DNA of 64,000 nt from assembly GCF_009914755.1 (NCBI RefSeq), contig NC_060947.1; one strand, 5' to 3'. The notes below the pieces were generated by a model. The model was given only the letters and a program-made list of their open reading frames with translations. It was not told where the DNA came from and searched no databases. This document shows, piece after piece, positions 30,767 to 43,749 of the stretch; positions within the stretch are counted from its first letter, which is position 1, and every line of letters begins with the position of its first letter. Origin of the DNA: the human T2T-CHM13v2.0 reference genome, Homo sapiens. The translations under genes were made by a program, and so were the position numbers.

Positions 30767-32071
30767 ACTACTTTTCCGCTCTATTCAATAATTTCATTTC
30801 ATCATCAAATTCACTACGCAAAGTATGCTTTTCTCCTCCAAGCACACCTATATCATGCCACTTCTTGTATCTCTCTACTGACTTCCTTTTCCACTTACTT
30901 TAGCTTTGAATTTTCAGTCTTATTTCAAAGGCTTTTACTATTCTCATTTTTACCTACTGCTTTGTTGGCTTTGTTCATTGCTTTAGGCCTGGATCCTTGC
31001 CAATTCTATTTCTTTTAAACCCTATTTCTAAAATTAATAACAAGTTAAACTGCCACATGCCCCAGTACTGTTGTTTTTTTTTACTATTTCCAGTCACTGG
31101 ATGCCTTTTCAAATGTTCATTTCTATTTGCCTTTGGCATGACTTTTACCTAACGGACAAGCAAAATCCTACATTATTATTCTCTCTCTCTCTCTCTCCTT
31201 CTCTCTCTCTCGCCACATAAGAGAAAACCTAGTGCATTGATTGGTACTTGGCATTAGCAAAGCCATTAATGGGAAGCTTTTAGAAGTAATTAAACCACAC
31301 ATCCTATCAGAAACGGGGTCTAAAAAGACTTCCAGATATCATCTTCATCTGCTTGAAGCCAAAGACAGGATTCACTATAGTTTTACACTTTTCTTAATGC
31401 GGGACTCTGACTTAAACTTTGAAATTTTTGGATTGTAACTGTCCTTTCTTATGTTTAATTCAAACTGTTCCAATGTGATTTCCATTAGTTTCTTCTTATT
31501 CTTTTTATAGTGGAGTTAGAATTTGAATACTTATTCACTTTTTATTATTATTAATATTTTCCTATGTAGAAAGATAATTCCTCTGTCAGTGACTTAATTG
31601 CATTTTCCCCTAATAGTGGTTATAAGAATCCATTTGTACTTTCTCACACAGGAGGCCCTCAGTTCAAGATAGCTATTAACCACCAATAACAAAATTACTA
31701 TATAATAGTCCATCATTCTTAAGCTTTTTTCCAGCTAAAAATGCATCTCCTTTAGCTGTTCCAGGCATTTAATTTTTATTGTCAACTTTTATTGTCATGC
31801 AATTCTCCATGCAGAGTTGCTATTGTTATCAGTAAAATCAATAGTATTTTATTTTAAAATAAAATACATCTAATTAAAAAGTAGATACACATGCTCTTAT
31901 TTCCATTTTCCATATTTACACGACACTCAGATATAGGTTAGTACCAACAACTCTGATGGGAAGAGGGAGTAAGGGATGATGCAAGGCAAAGAGTTGGAGC
32001 CACAAAGCAGTGCTTCAATCGTAGTCTATAAGAGTTGGAAATGGTAAAGAGGCAACTGGAAAAATCTAGAG

Positions 32072-32403
32072 CAGGTGGCAGCAAACCTCAGTCCATAGGC
32101 CAAATCCAGTCTACTTCCTGTTTTGTAGGGCCCAAAAGATAAAAATATGAATGATTTTACATTTTTTACACATTGAAAAAGAATCAAGACTATTTTGTAA
32201 CTTATGAAAATTCTATAAAATTCAAATTTCATGTTCACAAATAAAGCTTTATTGGAGCACAGCCTCACTCATTTGTTTATGGATTATGTAGGGTTGCTTT
32301 TACACTACAACAGCAGAGTTGATTACTTGTGACAGAGATTTAATGGCCCACAAAGCTGGAAATAGACTCTTTCTGGCCCTTTACAAAAGTTTGCTGGCCC
32401 CTA
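32072..32403 (+). mobile_element. MER58B-like hAT-Charlie element
   Basis: CAGGTGGCAGCAAAC...GTTTGCTGGCCCCTA TIRs; 8-bp TSD ATCTAGAG (32064-32071 / 32404-32411). Confidence 0.88.
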
Positions 32404-33065
32404 ATCTAGAGAATTAACTTCAGTAGTTTGGTGGCCTAGTGTTTACATTAAAGAATCTCTCCAATTTAAGAATTATACTTAGGTTGGTTATCTCACATAT
32501 ATCAGGAGTTCTTATTTTCTGAGATAATTCCATAGGAATCCAGAATCGGTCCCAGAAGAGGATGTGGAATTTATTTGTTCTTTAAGATTAGGAAAGAGAT
32601 CAGCCTAAAGAAAATCATTTAAACAGTGATGGCTGTCATACAGGGGAGATGGACTCTAGAAACATAGAACGCTGGTGAGTGATCAAGAAACCCCCAAATC
32701 CTTTGGGGGGTATAGAGGCATTTAATAAATTTTAGTAGTTTTATTGTGCATGTATTTGAAAAACATCTAACATGTTTTCTATAAGTTATTTCATTATTTG
32801 AAACCTTAACTTATTAATATTTAACTGAAGTGAAAGATATTGGAGCTGTCATAATCTTCTTCAATATAGGAAGCCTCAATAGAAGATTGATTTCTTATAT
32901 GACACAATTTTGAAAGATGCCAGAAATAACTGACTCCTTTTACACTTAAGTGACAGCTACTCTAAGCCTCCCCTAGTTTCCCATTGTAACCAGTGTCAAA
33001 GGAAAGCAGCATTTTGAAGGAATTATATTTCAGCACTAAACCAGATGAGCACGTGTGCTAGTGCG

Positions 33066-33066
33066 T

Positions 33067-33097
<31 letters not shown>
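33066..33097. repeat. (CA)n microsatellite
   Basis: Directly visible. Confidence 0.95.
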
Positions 33098-33099
<2 letters not shown>

Positions 33100-33214
33100 C
33101 TTTTTTTGATGAACAATGGGCTTAGGTTTCCTTTGGTCCAAGTACCCCATGGAAAGATTTTAAAAGGCCTAATGCATTAAAGTGATCTAAACTGTCTTGC
33201 AAATGTTGCCACTG

Positions 33215-33497
33215 TTTTTTTTTTAATTTTTAATTTTTGTGGGTACATAGTACGTGTATATTTTTATGGGGTACATGAGATGTTTTGATGCAGGTATGCA
33301 ATGTATAATAATCACATCATAGAAGATGGAGTATCCATCCTTTCAGGCATTTATCCTCTGTGTTACGAATAATCCAATTATATATACTCATACTTATTGT
33401 AAAACATACAATTAAATTATTATTGACTATAGTCACCCTGCTGTGCTATCAAATACTAGGCCTTATTAATTCATTCTAACTATTTTTGTACCCATCA
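33215..33497 (-). mobile_element. L1MA 3' end fragment
   Basis: Reverse complement of the L1MA 3' UTR seen at ~12060-12328. Confidence 0.85.
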
Positions 33498-35627
33498 AAT
33501 TTTTCTTTTTATAATTATATACAGGCAATAGTTACTGTGTGTATGAAGTGATATACTGGTACTAATCAACCTATTAAATTGTTAAATGACTTTCCCATCA
33601 ATCCCCTCTTCCTGCCACCCATTCCCATCACCTCCTTCTATTTACATAGGCATATGAATGTCTCAACTTAATCAGTTACAATGGGAATGTTAATTTATTA
33701 TAACAGATGTTAATGTGTGCGTTGAAGGAGGAATTCTATTTTTAAAAAGCGCTTGTAGGGTAGGGGAAATGTTAAAACCTCAGTTTCTGGCAGGAACATT
33801 CAGAAATATAGGCAAGAGTTTCTTTAGAATCAAAATCTGCTATTCTGCAAAAACAATGGGTCCAAGAAAACTGGAAATGCCAACTAACACAAATTCATTT
33901 TTTATTTATATAAAGAGAAACACGATCATGGATAGAATTCAGGAAATTTCATTAATATTATTCTTTGGGAGCAATAGTAATCAAGGCAGGTTTCATCAAG
34001 TTTGGTTACCTCCGTAATACAGGATGTGACGTGACAAGACAATCTACTTCTTGCTTCTATTTGAGTATAACATAGAAAGAACTCAAAGGGGGTGGAGTGG
34101 ATCAGAAACAAATGAAACCTCTTGCTTCTTGGCTTTATCTAATGACTCTTTTTGGCCTTTTTTCTCCTGAAATCAAGACTCTAAATTTGAATGCACTTAC
34201 TAAGTCAATCACAAAATATTTTTTAAACTTCCAATATATTATATAATAAAATGTTTAGTACAGAATGCGTTTGATGGGTATGCTGATTTTAAGGGACGCA
34301 ATCATTTTCTACAAAAGTTTAGCTACTTATAGGTTACAAATCTATGAGGTCATTATAGATTTGTAATCTATAGATCATTTCAAATGGAATAAAATATCAA
34401 ATAATTGGATGATAACTAGAATTAGAATTCTTGGAATAGATGGTTTGTGCCTGTATTATAATGACATGTGCCTTTTTTTAAATGCAGTTTATGAAATAAG
34501 ATTAAAATGGACCTATATTTACCATTAGAGGGGAAATTTTTTTAAGTCATTATCCTTAGGTTAAGCTTTAGAAATTTTATTGTTAAAGCCTAAATATGAA
34601 TTTAGGAATACCCTAAGAAAAGCATGATTTCCTTGTTTCTTTTCCCTTTCAAAATGAAACACAGAAGACTGTTTTTAATCAGAGATGGAGGGGTGGTTTC
34701 TGAAGGTCAGGAGCAAGGATTCCTGTGTATGAGCCACTTGCCCAACAGTGTGGTCTATTTCTAGTTCCTAGATGGGTATACCATAGGAGCAGCTGAAAGA
34801 GAGTTGGGATAGGTTCAAAGAAAGAAGCCTCTAGCATCTTGGTTTTATGTAATGACTCTCCTTGGCCTGAAGATTAAAAACTCCCAGAAGAATATGGCTT
34901 TTAATTAGTATTAGGAACTATATATTGAAAGCTAAGTAGCCGCATATTAACAGGGGTGATAATATCAACAAGCAAGGACTGACTTTGAAAAACGGAGCTA
35001 CTTCCTTTGAGAAAAGAAGACTGACCAAGTTAATGACCTGTTATTTGTGAAGAAAATATTTAAGAAAACATTATCTTATACAGGGATTTTCTAAGAAACA
35101 ACCAAGTCACTACTTGCACCTTCTAGATATTTCCAGATACCGCAAATTTAAAATAGTATAATAACATGAAAATAATGTGTGTAGGTTGACTGAGGAGGCC
35201 TAAAGAACAATTGTACACTAAGGACACTTATGCCTTAACTGCTTTTAAAAGTCCAATTATTAAAATATATTGGAAAACCTATGCAGTTCATGATCATGCG
35301 ACATAGTCCAACAATCTAGAAAATCTGGTCTTAGAAAAAAATATCATTGTAACAACAAAGAAAAAAAAACTTTGGGTAGAAAAGATCAGGAAAAAGACCA
35401 TGTCACTAACAAGAAAGGGTTTTATAAACAGGAAAGTATAAAAGCTGAGAACAGTTATTCTATTCTCTGATAAATAGCTTAGTCTCAAATACATTAAACT
35501 ATCTTTTATTTCTTAGAATATTGAAAAATAAAGATTCTGAGAATTACTCTGAACTTATCCAGAGCCAATGCCAATATTTTGAACTTTCCCAGCTCTATGG
35601 AGCCTGGAATTGGTCAACTACAAGGAC

Positions 35628-35671
<44 letters not shown>

Positions 35672-36000
35672 TTGTGTTCAAGCAATCCTGCTTCAGCCTC
35701 CCTAACAGCTAGGACTACAGGCATGAGCCACATCTGGCTTTCTTTCTTTCTTTCTTCCTTTCTGTCTTTCTGTCTTTTTTGTATTTTTTATTTATTTACT
35801 TATTTATTTATATTATTATACTTTAAGTTCTGGGGTACATGTGCAGAACGTGCTGTTTTGTTACATAAGTATACACGTGCCATGGTGGTTTGCTGCACCC
35901 ATCAACCTGTCACCTACATTAGGTATTTCTCCTAATGCTATCCCTCCCCTAGCCCCCCAACCCCAGACAGGCCCTGGTGTGTGATGTTCCCCTCCCTGTG
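35628..36000 (-). mobile_element. (TTTA)n, short Alu/FLAM remnant and L1PA 3' end fragment
   Basis: (TTTA)n 35628-35672; Alu-like 35676-35738; TTATACTTTAAGTTCTGGGGTACATGTGCAG L1PA terminus ~35815-36000. Confidence 0.8.
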
Positions 36001-36858
36001 ACAGACTCTATTTATAATAGAGAATAAAATAATTGAAAACAAGGCCAAACAATAATGGTAATGACAAATATATGTCACAACATAAAATGTGGACTTCCTG
36101 CCTTTATTTTTGGAAAAATTATACTATCCCAATTTTATCTGAAATAATAAAATTTTACCTTTTTGGGTTAATTTACATAGCCAAAGTATTCTACATCAAA
36201 GTACATTTATGACCAATTTTATACTGGGAAGACAAAAAGGTGACCATCAAATAAAGCTTACCAGATGGGCTTATGGAAAAGAAAACTATCTGATATTACG
36301 TCAACAGAATTATTTTTAAAACAGTCATAGATCATAATATTCACAGTGAACAAACTTTGGATAATGTTGAACTTTGTACATTTAATCTATAAAGAAAATT
36401 ATCTTTGTGGCCACTAATAGGTAACATATTTTGTAAAAGAAGAAACAATGAAAGTTTTCTGTAATGAAGGATTGTAACCTGTTCAGTAAAATATCATATG
36501 GCCTTTTAAAAGCAGAAAATGAGAAAACATGCCAAACTTCTATCCAAGACCTTATTATAATTTAAATGAGCTAAGTATACTCTTTAGATGAACCTTCAAG
36601 ATGAAGACCATATATACTGCACAGGTGAAATATGCTACAATATACTGATGTATTTGTAACGTACAATTTGTTCCCTTGCCAACGATATATGCCCAGATAA
36701 GGCATAAAGATGGTCTCCAATATTTTCTCAGAAAAATAGTTTTAAAATAAAACCCTAACTACATTTTTATCTGATTTTACAGGACTGCTTATTTTATGAT
36801 TTGATAAGAATTTCTGAGTGAAGAAATTTGTCTCTATGCTTAATATAAATGCACTTAC

Positions 36859-37654
36859 GCAGTTCACCTGCTGCATTTCGCCCACCAACTGCATACAGAT
36901 ATCCTTTGAGGGCACTTAGGTGGAAGAAGGTGCGCTTTTCATTTAAAGATGCAACTTGCATCCATTTATTGTATCGAGGATCAAATCTGAAGACTGTATC
37001 AACTGCCGTTTTTCCTTTTGTATCATAATTACTCTGTCCGCCAACCACATAGAGAAAATTTCCAATGACGGCGATGCCATGCTGGTACCTTGGGGCATCC
37101 ATGGGGGCTAACGATTTCCACTCATGGGCCTTTTCATCATACATGCGCAATTCCTTACTGACAACCAGCTGCTGCCTCAGCACTCCTCCTAGTGTAACCA
37201 AGTGAGTGGTGTCAGACCTAATGGCAGTCCTGTCTGACTGCATAACTGGCTGCATATATGGCATCATTTGGTAATTGCTGGCTTCCAAAAGCAAATTCAC
37301 ACAAGTATTGTCAGTTCTCATGAAATCCACCGTTTGCACGTAATTAATGAGCTCCTGTGGTGTCATCAGTGGAAATCGTATGTTCTTCATTAATTTTGCA
37401 GCAAAGTCCATCCGAGGCTCTTCCAGGCGAAGCCAACGACAGGTAGCCTTAAAGAGCTCAAGTTCAGTACAGTGCTTAAGGCTATTACTGGAAAGCACGA
37501 AGGCAAGACGCTCAAAAGGGAGTTTCAAGAACTCCCCTGTGCTCAGCAATGCAGGAAAATTCTTCAAGACGAAACTGTTAACGTATTTATCCACTTCGGT
37601 TAGATTGTAGGTGTTGGCAATCCGTCCAACTTCAACACAGTTGTCTAAAGTGAC
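36859..37654 (-). CDS. KLHL13: KLHL13 coding exon, 796 nt (BACK domain and first Kelch repeats)
   Basis: AATAG|GTC ... CTGC|GTAAGT; [18 protein letters not shown]...[10 protein letters not shown]; phase 0 to 1. Confidence 0.97.
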
Positions 37655-38974
37655 CTATTAAGCCAATTAAAAAAAATTAAAACATGACTACTTTCATGGC
37701 AATCACATCTTGATAGCACAAATACCTGTTCTAGAATAAGAGTAAATTATGCTTTTAATGTTCAAATAGATACAAATAGGATTCTTATCTAAATGTATCA
37801 ATGATCTACAAACAGATAATTTGCAAACCACCTTTACTTAATCCACTAGAAGGCTGACTAAAAGAAAATGATCAAAGTCAGTAAGTTAGAAGCTACTCTA
37901 AGAAACAATGTTATAACTGGAATATGGCCAAACCAGTTACTCTTCTCTCCTCAAAAATGTATCCCACCCCCACCCCCAAAATACTGATAAAATTCCTGCC
38001 AGATGGAAACTTGGGAAAATAGAAGGTTGTTCTATTATGATTCATCTCAATCCACTTCTTAGTCATTATTCTTAAAAATACCACACAGCTAGCAGATCCA
38101 TGAACAGAAAAGCTCTAATACCCAAACCCTAGATTTCCCTTTCACGTAAATAGGCATCACTCATTACTATCATTCATTTTGGTTCCTTCAAAGTTATCAC
38201 TCATAATGAAAATAATTTAATAAGATAATTATCCCTAGGGCAAATTAATTTTCAACATTATTTATCTGGAAATATAAGCAAGGAAATGTCTTTCTTAAGG
38301 GCAGAGGGGTATATCTACAACAAATCTCTCATGTAAATGAGATTTTGGTATCTGTGATGACTGCTTCCATCTGGGCAACACAGCTTTCCTTAGCCACTCT
38401 TACTTTCAGCACATTCTGTTTCTCTCTGGCGTCAACATGAGCCCAGAACCATCTCCCCACCATAGAGCAAAATATACCATAAAGTGAAAAGCTGACAAAG
38501 AAGAGAAGTGACAGAGAGGCCTTTCCTCAGTAGAACCTCTTTTCAATGCTCTAATAACTGACTCATCAAAGGAAAAATAGGAAAAATAATATTAGCAAAT
38601 ATAATACAAAGAACAAACCACAAAAACAAGCCTACAATAAAAAATGCCAGTGTGTATGTATACAAACAGACACAGATCACAGGCAAAAGACTTAAATGTT
38701 TGGTTGTTTTTAAAATTTTGTCAGGTTATGTGTCCTCAATATCACACAAACTTTATCAATGTATTGTTAACCTCACACCTGTATAGTTAACAGATTTGGC
38801 AGATGGTTAAGAGAAAATAAAATAATCCTCCTGTTGACATTTCTTTAAAAACTGAAACAAAGCTAAAAACATTACTCCTCCGCATAAAATGACAGCCCAG
38901 TTAGGATATAATATCACTGAAATCTCTAAGGTTAACACACACACATTGTTATTTTCATAGATTATTTTAATTAG

Positions 38975-39360
38975 ACTTTAACTTATGGGATATACATGCA
39001 GAACGTGCAGGTTTGTTACATAGGTATTACACGTACCATGGTGGTTTGCTGCACCTATCAACCCGTCATCTACATTAGGTATTTCTCCTAATGCTATCCC
39101 TCCTCTAGCCTCCCAGCCTCCAACAGGCTCTGGTGTGTGATGTTCCCCTCCCTGTGCCCATGAGTTCTCATTGTTCAACTCCCACTTATGAGTGAGAACA
39201 TGTGGTGTTTGGTTTTCTGTTCCTGTGTTAGTTTGCTGAGAATGATGGTTTCCAGCTTCATTCATGTCCCTACAAAGGATATGAACTCATCCTTTTTTAT
39301 GGCTGCATAGTATTCCATGGTGTACATGTGCCACATTTTCTTTATCCAGTCTATCATTGA
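38975..39360 (-). mobile_element. L1PA 3' fragment
   Basis: L1PA 3' UTR and ORF2 end in antisense, homologous to 1575-1960. Confidence 0.88.
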
Positions 39361-40292
39361 TTTATTACTCAAAAAGAATTTGTGCTCTTTTAAGTAGCTG
39401 ATTTGCTTTACAAAAATGTTTAATTGCTTATTTTACTTAGTAGCTACATATTTTTAAAATACCTAACACATAACTGTAACATAAAAAAATAGAAAAATAA
39501 GTTAACAAATTATGAGTCTCTAGAAATAGACAGCATAACACTGTATAAATACCCTGGATTTCTAACGTGGTTAATAAAAAGTCCATTTAATCCAATTTGA
39601 GGAGCTGCAGGTCGGTGGTTCAAAAATTTAAGTTTTGTAAATGGAGTTACAGTCAATACCTGTTTTCCCAATTCACCCTGAGTGGAAGGAATTTGAGGTC
39701 ATGAATTCACTTCCCAAGACAAGTAAGAATTATCTCGTCCCCAGAGTGAAGGTGATTTATACTTTTGAAGATGTTTATTAGTACAGTTAAGCAAAAGTTG
39801 ATGACAACACAAATATAATTCCCAAGTATGCAAATTCTCATCATTATTGATATGATTACTAAAAAACAACAAAGAATGGGTACTTTAAGAAGACAAAATG
39901 ATACTACCAGTTGCCAGTCACCAAACTGAAATCTAAATTTATAGCATGTAAAACAGAGCAAGATTAAAGATTAAAAGCCAAACTGTATAATTCAGAAATG
40001 GGATCAAGGTATTTAATTCCTTCACCTTTTCCCTCTTCAAATTTATCCAGTGAGAAAACGATTGCTAGAATAACATGAGAAAGAAACTTAAATTTTATTT
40101 ACAGGCATTTGGAAAATACCTTCTGTATATCAATACGTTCATATATACAGACACACAAGACTAGAAAAGACTTTGACAGACCATCTAACCAATACAAATA
40201 GCTGCCTACTTTTTTCTTTAAAATCACCAGAGAAAGGTATTCCATAACCTTCCGAACTGTTATCTTCTTGACAGAAGAACTAAGTATTTTCT

Positions 40293-40362
40293 TTTTTTAT
40301 TTCTTTCAGTTTTTAATTTTTGTAGGCACATAGTTGGTATATATATTTATGGGGTACCCAAG
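40293..40362 (-). mobile_element. Ultra-short L1MA 3' insertion
   Basis: 14-bp TSD ACTAAGTATTTTCT (40279-40292 / 40363-40376) around T-tail plus L1MA terminal sequence. Confidence 0.75.
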
Positions 40363-41122
40363 ACTAAGTATTTTCTATAGCTCATATACAACAGCTACTA
40401 TACTGTGAGTATACAACAAAGGCTAAATACTACAAGTATCAAAAATATAAAAAGTAAAGATACGATGATAGATGCAATTAAAAATAGGATACCTGTTGAA
40501 TTAATGTAGCAAATTACTAAAACCTTATTAATTTCAAAATGAGACACAGACAAGAAAAATATGTAATAGGAAATTAATTCTTAGCAAGTATATGTAATCA
40601 AAGCTTAAAAATTAATCATAGAATATAGAAATTAAAGAAGCAAAGTCTACAGTAATAATTAACAATATAAATAGACCAAAACTGATGGAATTATAGTAAA
40701 CAATGGCCCAGAGAAATACATAATATTCTATTATGGTTCATTTTAATCCACTTCTCCATCATGATTCTTAAAAGTGACTCAGCTAGAAGATCTCCAAACA
40801 TTAAGCCTAGACAGTATTTTTAAATGGATACATGTGTTTGTTTATCCACTGGATACATAAAAGGATAAATGGATAATTGGATATCCATAAATGGATAATT
40901 GGACTTATAATGCAATTTACATATATAATAGAATACACATTGAAAATATAAAATATGAAGTTTAAAGCTTATTTTAAAAATTTCTAAGTAGAAATTTCAT
41001 CTGAGTTCATCTTTTATTTCATCTGAAAACCTGGCCACAATTCCAAAGAAGGTTCACTTAAAAACAGAGTTATAACAGAAGTTAATCCAAATAACTACAT
41101 TGGCATTTAAAAAGAACAACAA

Positions 41123-41478
<356 letters not shown>

Positions 41479-41806
41479 TTAAAATAATCAACTGCTCATT
41501 TACATTTCTTTGATATAAATTATTATAAATTATTCTTTTATAACCAAACAACAGTCATAGTCATCCTAAAGGCACTTCCAACATCATAATATTGCAAGTG
41601 GTATTCTCAATAACATACTGGTCCTCACTGCTGCTGTACTATTCAAATTATAACTGATGTACCCAAAACACTGTCATTAACATAATTTGCTATTTTAATG
41701 GAAGATTTCATCTGAAATCTAGGACTTTTTTTAAAAGATTGGTGTTTTATACAAAGAAATTCCCATTTAGAAAAAAATGGGTATCTGCTTTTTTTTTTTT
41801 TTTTCT

Positions 41807-41904
41807 GGCTAGCCGAGTGAAGCAGTCAAAGTGAAGAAGGAACAAAGAAATCTGTAACTGGTTGTGATCAATTAGTTGTAAACACCACTGCACTCGGACC
41901 AGCC
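41807..41904 (-). pseudogene. Y3 RNA (RNY3) retropseudogene
   Basis: Minus strand reads GGCTGGTCCGAGTGCAGTGGTGTTTACAACTAATTGATCACAACCAGTTACAGATTTCTTTG...CTAGCC, then poly(A); TSD GTATCTGCTTTT (41781-41792 / 41906-41917). Confidence 0.93.
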
Positions 41905-43435
41905 AGTATCTGCTTTTGTACTCTCAAGGGAAATGCAAAGACTAAGAAATCTGGCAAAAATTTGGGGAACTCCTTAGCCATTCAATGCGCCAAATTCTAC
42001 TTGGTGCTATCTAGTTTATTAAAATGACAGCCTGATATCTAGTACAATCAATGCAGAGAATGAAACCATGTCCACAGAATAAGACTAGGAAGAAATCCAA
42101 CAAGGTACTTCAGCAGGCAGAGAATGTACAGGTATCTTTTCTCAAGCCTCCTTCCACAGATGAGACCATCACAGGACACAAAGAAGAGACACTTTGGTAA
42201 GAACAAAGGGATAATTGAATAATAAACACCTCTCTCTCTTTCAGTCTTTGTCTTTCTTCAGTTTCTAAATGCTATTTGAGGTGAATGCCACTGGTGTCTC
42301 CAGCCCAAAATATTCAATTCTCTATTTATTTGCACTTTGAATGCAGTTCCTTTATTGAATGCAATGTTAGTTATTACAATGGCTTTTGTGAGGTTGAAGA
42401 GGTTTGAGCCCAGGCTAGGCCTCTTCTTCCCAGACAGAGTCCCAGATAGCAGATAGGCAAGAATGGGTGCTCAAGGTTATAGGAGGGATATTTAGAATAT
42501 TTAAAAACCACAAAAGATGGGTATCAACCAATCAGAATGGATGGCCGACCATAAGCAACGGGGATGGCCTTCTATGTACTATTTGCCCAATATCAGCCCT
42601 GTCAATAAGGAAGTCAAGACTGGTTTGGTGGGGAGGGAAATAATTTTGATTCATTTTTAATTTTAATTATCTATACAATTTGTCTCTAACTTGCATTAAA
42701 TTGCCCTCAAAAGTGAAAAAAAAATCTTAAAAAACATGTCTGTTAATCTTTACGGGTAAATACAATTTAGATTAAATGAAAAATGTGAAATATATGTACT
42801 ATGCAGGAAATCCTCAGTAATTTAGTAACAGAGGCAAAGCAAAAGGAACTGTCTTCTCCAATGACTTCTGATTCTTTTTGTTTTTCTTTTGAGAGAAACA
42901 TATTCTCCCTATTCCTCTCTCTTGTCTCCTTCCCACTTATGTACCTCCTTTATTTTGTCTCCAACTCTTCATCACCTCCAGTCACCTCAATAAACTTTCT
43001 CTCTACTTCATTGTAAGCTCTCCACCCCATCACTGATAACAAATGTGCAGGTGAAACCAGTAATCTACCTGCATCAAGGGGGGAAAACACAATTAAAAAA
43101 TTATTTTAAGAAAGATTATCCCCAAGTCTAAAGCCCAATGACATATCTCATTCTCTTGTTAAAAAATGCTTTTATACAAACATAAAGTGATTTCTTTCTC
43201 ACCTTTATTCTGTTTTGTTCATTCTATATATTTGTATATTTAAATTGTAATCTTTTGAGTTCAATTACAGATGCCCTATTTCAGCAACCTAACATTAAAT
43301 TAGGTTGTTTTGTGAACTAGCCTAAAATCCTCCATAACAAAAGTTCCGTGGGGCAAATGCTAGATGCTAAAAATTTCAAATTGCAAACAAAGGATAAACA
43401 AAACTTACACAACTTTCTTATAAACTAGCAAATGG

Positions 43436-43749
<314 letters not shown>

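Noticed and set aside
36794-36858. C-terminal [11 protein letters not shown]... extension of the 266-aa ORF
   Set aside because: Runs past a strong GTAAGT donor; no adjacent canonical poly(A) signal to support a truncated isoform.
40820-40885. Clustered TGGATA repeats, plus small duplications at 44197-44252 and (TTTAATG)n ~52440-52490
   Set aside because: Local slippage duplications; no unique spacers or regular period, so not CRISPR-like or otherwise organised.
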